Assembly: GCA_040222015.1 (NCBI GenBank)
Contig: JAVJWO010000080.1
Coordinates: forward strand, 1-29,015
Length of the DNA: 29,015 nt
Source of the DNA: Coleofasciculus chthonoplastes F2-STO-03
GTDB taxonomy: Bacteria > Cyanobacteriota > Cyanobacteriia > Cyanobacteriales > Coleofasciculaceae
Direction of reading: 5' to 3'
Shown: positions 28,259-29,015 of the stretch, one piece after another
Numbering within the stretch: position 1 is the first letter of the stretch
Layout of the letters: every line of letters begins with the position of its first letter
Notes under the pieces: generated by a model
Seen by the model: only the letters and a program-made list of their open reading frames with translations
Database searches by the model: none
What the model was told of the DNA's origin: nothing
Position numbers and translations under genes: made by a program

Positions 28259-28672
28259 CTATTGGGCTTGATTGGGGCGTCCCATTCCTCTTTGACCCCG
28301 ACGATTTCCGCGCATCTGGCGCATCTGTTCCTGTTGCTCCTCTGTTAGGACATTCTGCATCTGTTCTCGTGCGGATTGGTGGATTTCCCGCATCTGATTC
28401 CGTTGTGCTTCGGTCAGATTTAGCGCCCGCATCCCTTCCCGGTGTCGCTGGCGTTGTCCCTGCAATTCTTGGAATTGTTCCCGTTGTTCGGGGGTAAGAA
28501 TTTGTTCGATTTGCGAGTGTTTATTATCCCGGATGCGTTCTAACTGCGTTTGTTGGTCGGTTGTTAGGTTGAGTTCTTCTGCGAATCGGGGTTGGGACAA
28601 TGCTGCCATAGGTGCAGCCGCGAGGGTAATTGCGGCGATGGTGGCGAATAGAGGTAAGAGTTTGATGTTCAT
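28259..28672 (-). CDS. Spy/CpxP-family (LTXXQ) periplasmic chaperone
   Basis: Signal peptide followed by LNLTTDQ, LTPEQR, LNLTEAQ and LTEEQ motifs. Confidence 0.88.
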   Translation of the reverse strand: MNIKLLPLFATIAAITLAAAPMAALSQPRFAEELNLTTDQQTQLERIRDNKHSQIEQILTPEQREQFQELQGQRQRHREGMRALNLTEAQRNQMREIHQSAREQMQNVLTEEQQEQMRQMRGNRRGQRGMGRPNQAQ

Positions 28673-28879
28673 GATGTTACAGTTGCCAACGATTTGGTGT
28701 TTGATGTCTTTATCCTAGAAACTGTAAGGGGTGAACCACCTGAGGCAAACGTCCTGATTTGAGGTAGGACTTTAGTCCTAGTGTTTTAGGTGTGGGGAAG
28801 GTGGGGGAGATGAGGGAGATGGCGAAGATGGGGGAGATGGGGGAGATCAAAACTCTACCTTACCCTGTTCCCTATTCCC

Positions 28880-29015
28880 TGACCAATGACCAATGACCAA
28901 TGACCAATGACCAATGACCAATGACCAATGACCAATGACCAATGACCAATGACCAATGACCAATGACCAATGACCAATGACCAATGACCAATGACCAATG
29001 ACCAATGACCAATGA
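28880..29015. repeat. STRR heptamer array (TGACCAA) ~19 copies, running off the window
   Basis: Perfect tandem heptamers. Confidence 0.97.

Overview
Chromosomal window from a filamentous, probably non-heterocystous cyanobacterium. It has many HIP1 GCGATCGC octamers, heptamer STRR repeats and GTAG-ended palindromes; the arrangement recalls Coleofasciculus/Microcoleus chthonoplastes, but that assignment is inference. The first ~20 kb is a chimeric nitrogen-fixation island. Its head is cyanobacterial: a promoter with three TGAGTACA CnfR-type boxes, a nifB relic that has lost its radical-SAM domain, then nifS and nifU. Its core is of the anaerobe (cluster III, Desulfovibrio/Clostridium/Chlorobium-like) type: nifH-nifI1-nifI2-nifD-nifK-[2Fe-2S]fdx-nifE-nifN-nifB. 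Molybdenum genes (mop, modD, modA, fused modBC) and a Nif11-like gene follow. Host palindromic repeats occupy most nif spacers and sit in frame inside nifN and modBC. The rest is ordinary cyanobacterial DNA: DUF29, an HD/PDE-like protein convergent with a CHASE3-PAS adenylate cyclase, a pentapeptide repeat protein, thrB, a phytochelatin synthase-like gene and a Spy/CpxP gene. Horizontal acquisition of such a nif cluster in this cyanobacterial group is, to my recollection, already reported. The retained CnfR-type promoter with the deleted native nifB, and the translated repeat insertions, are the less obvious points.
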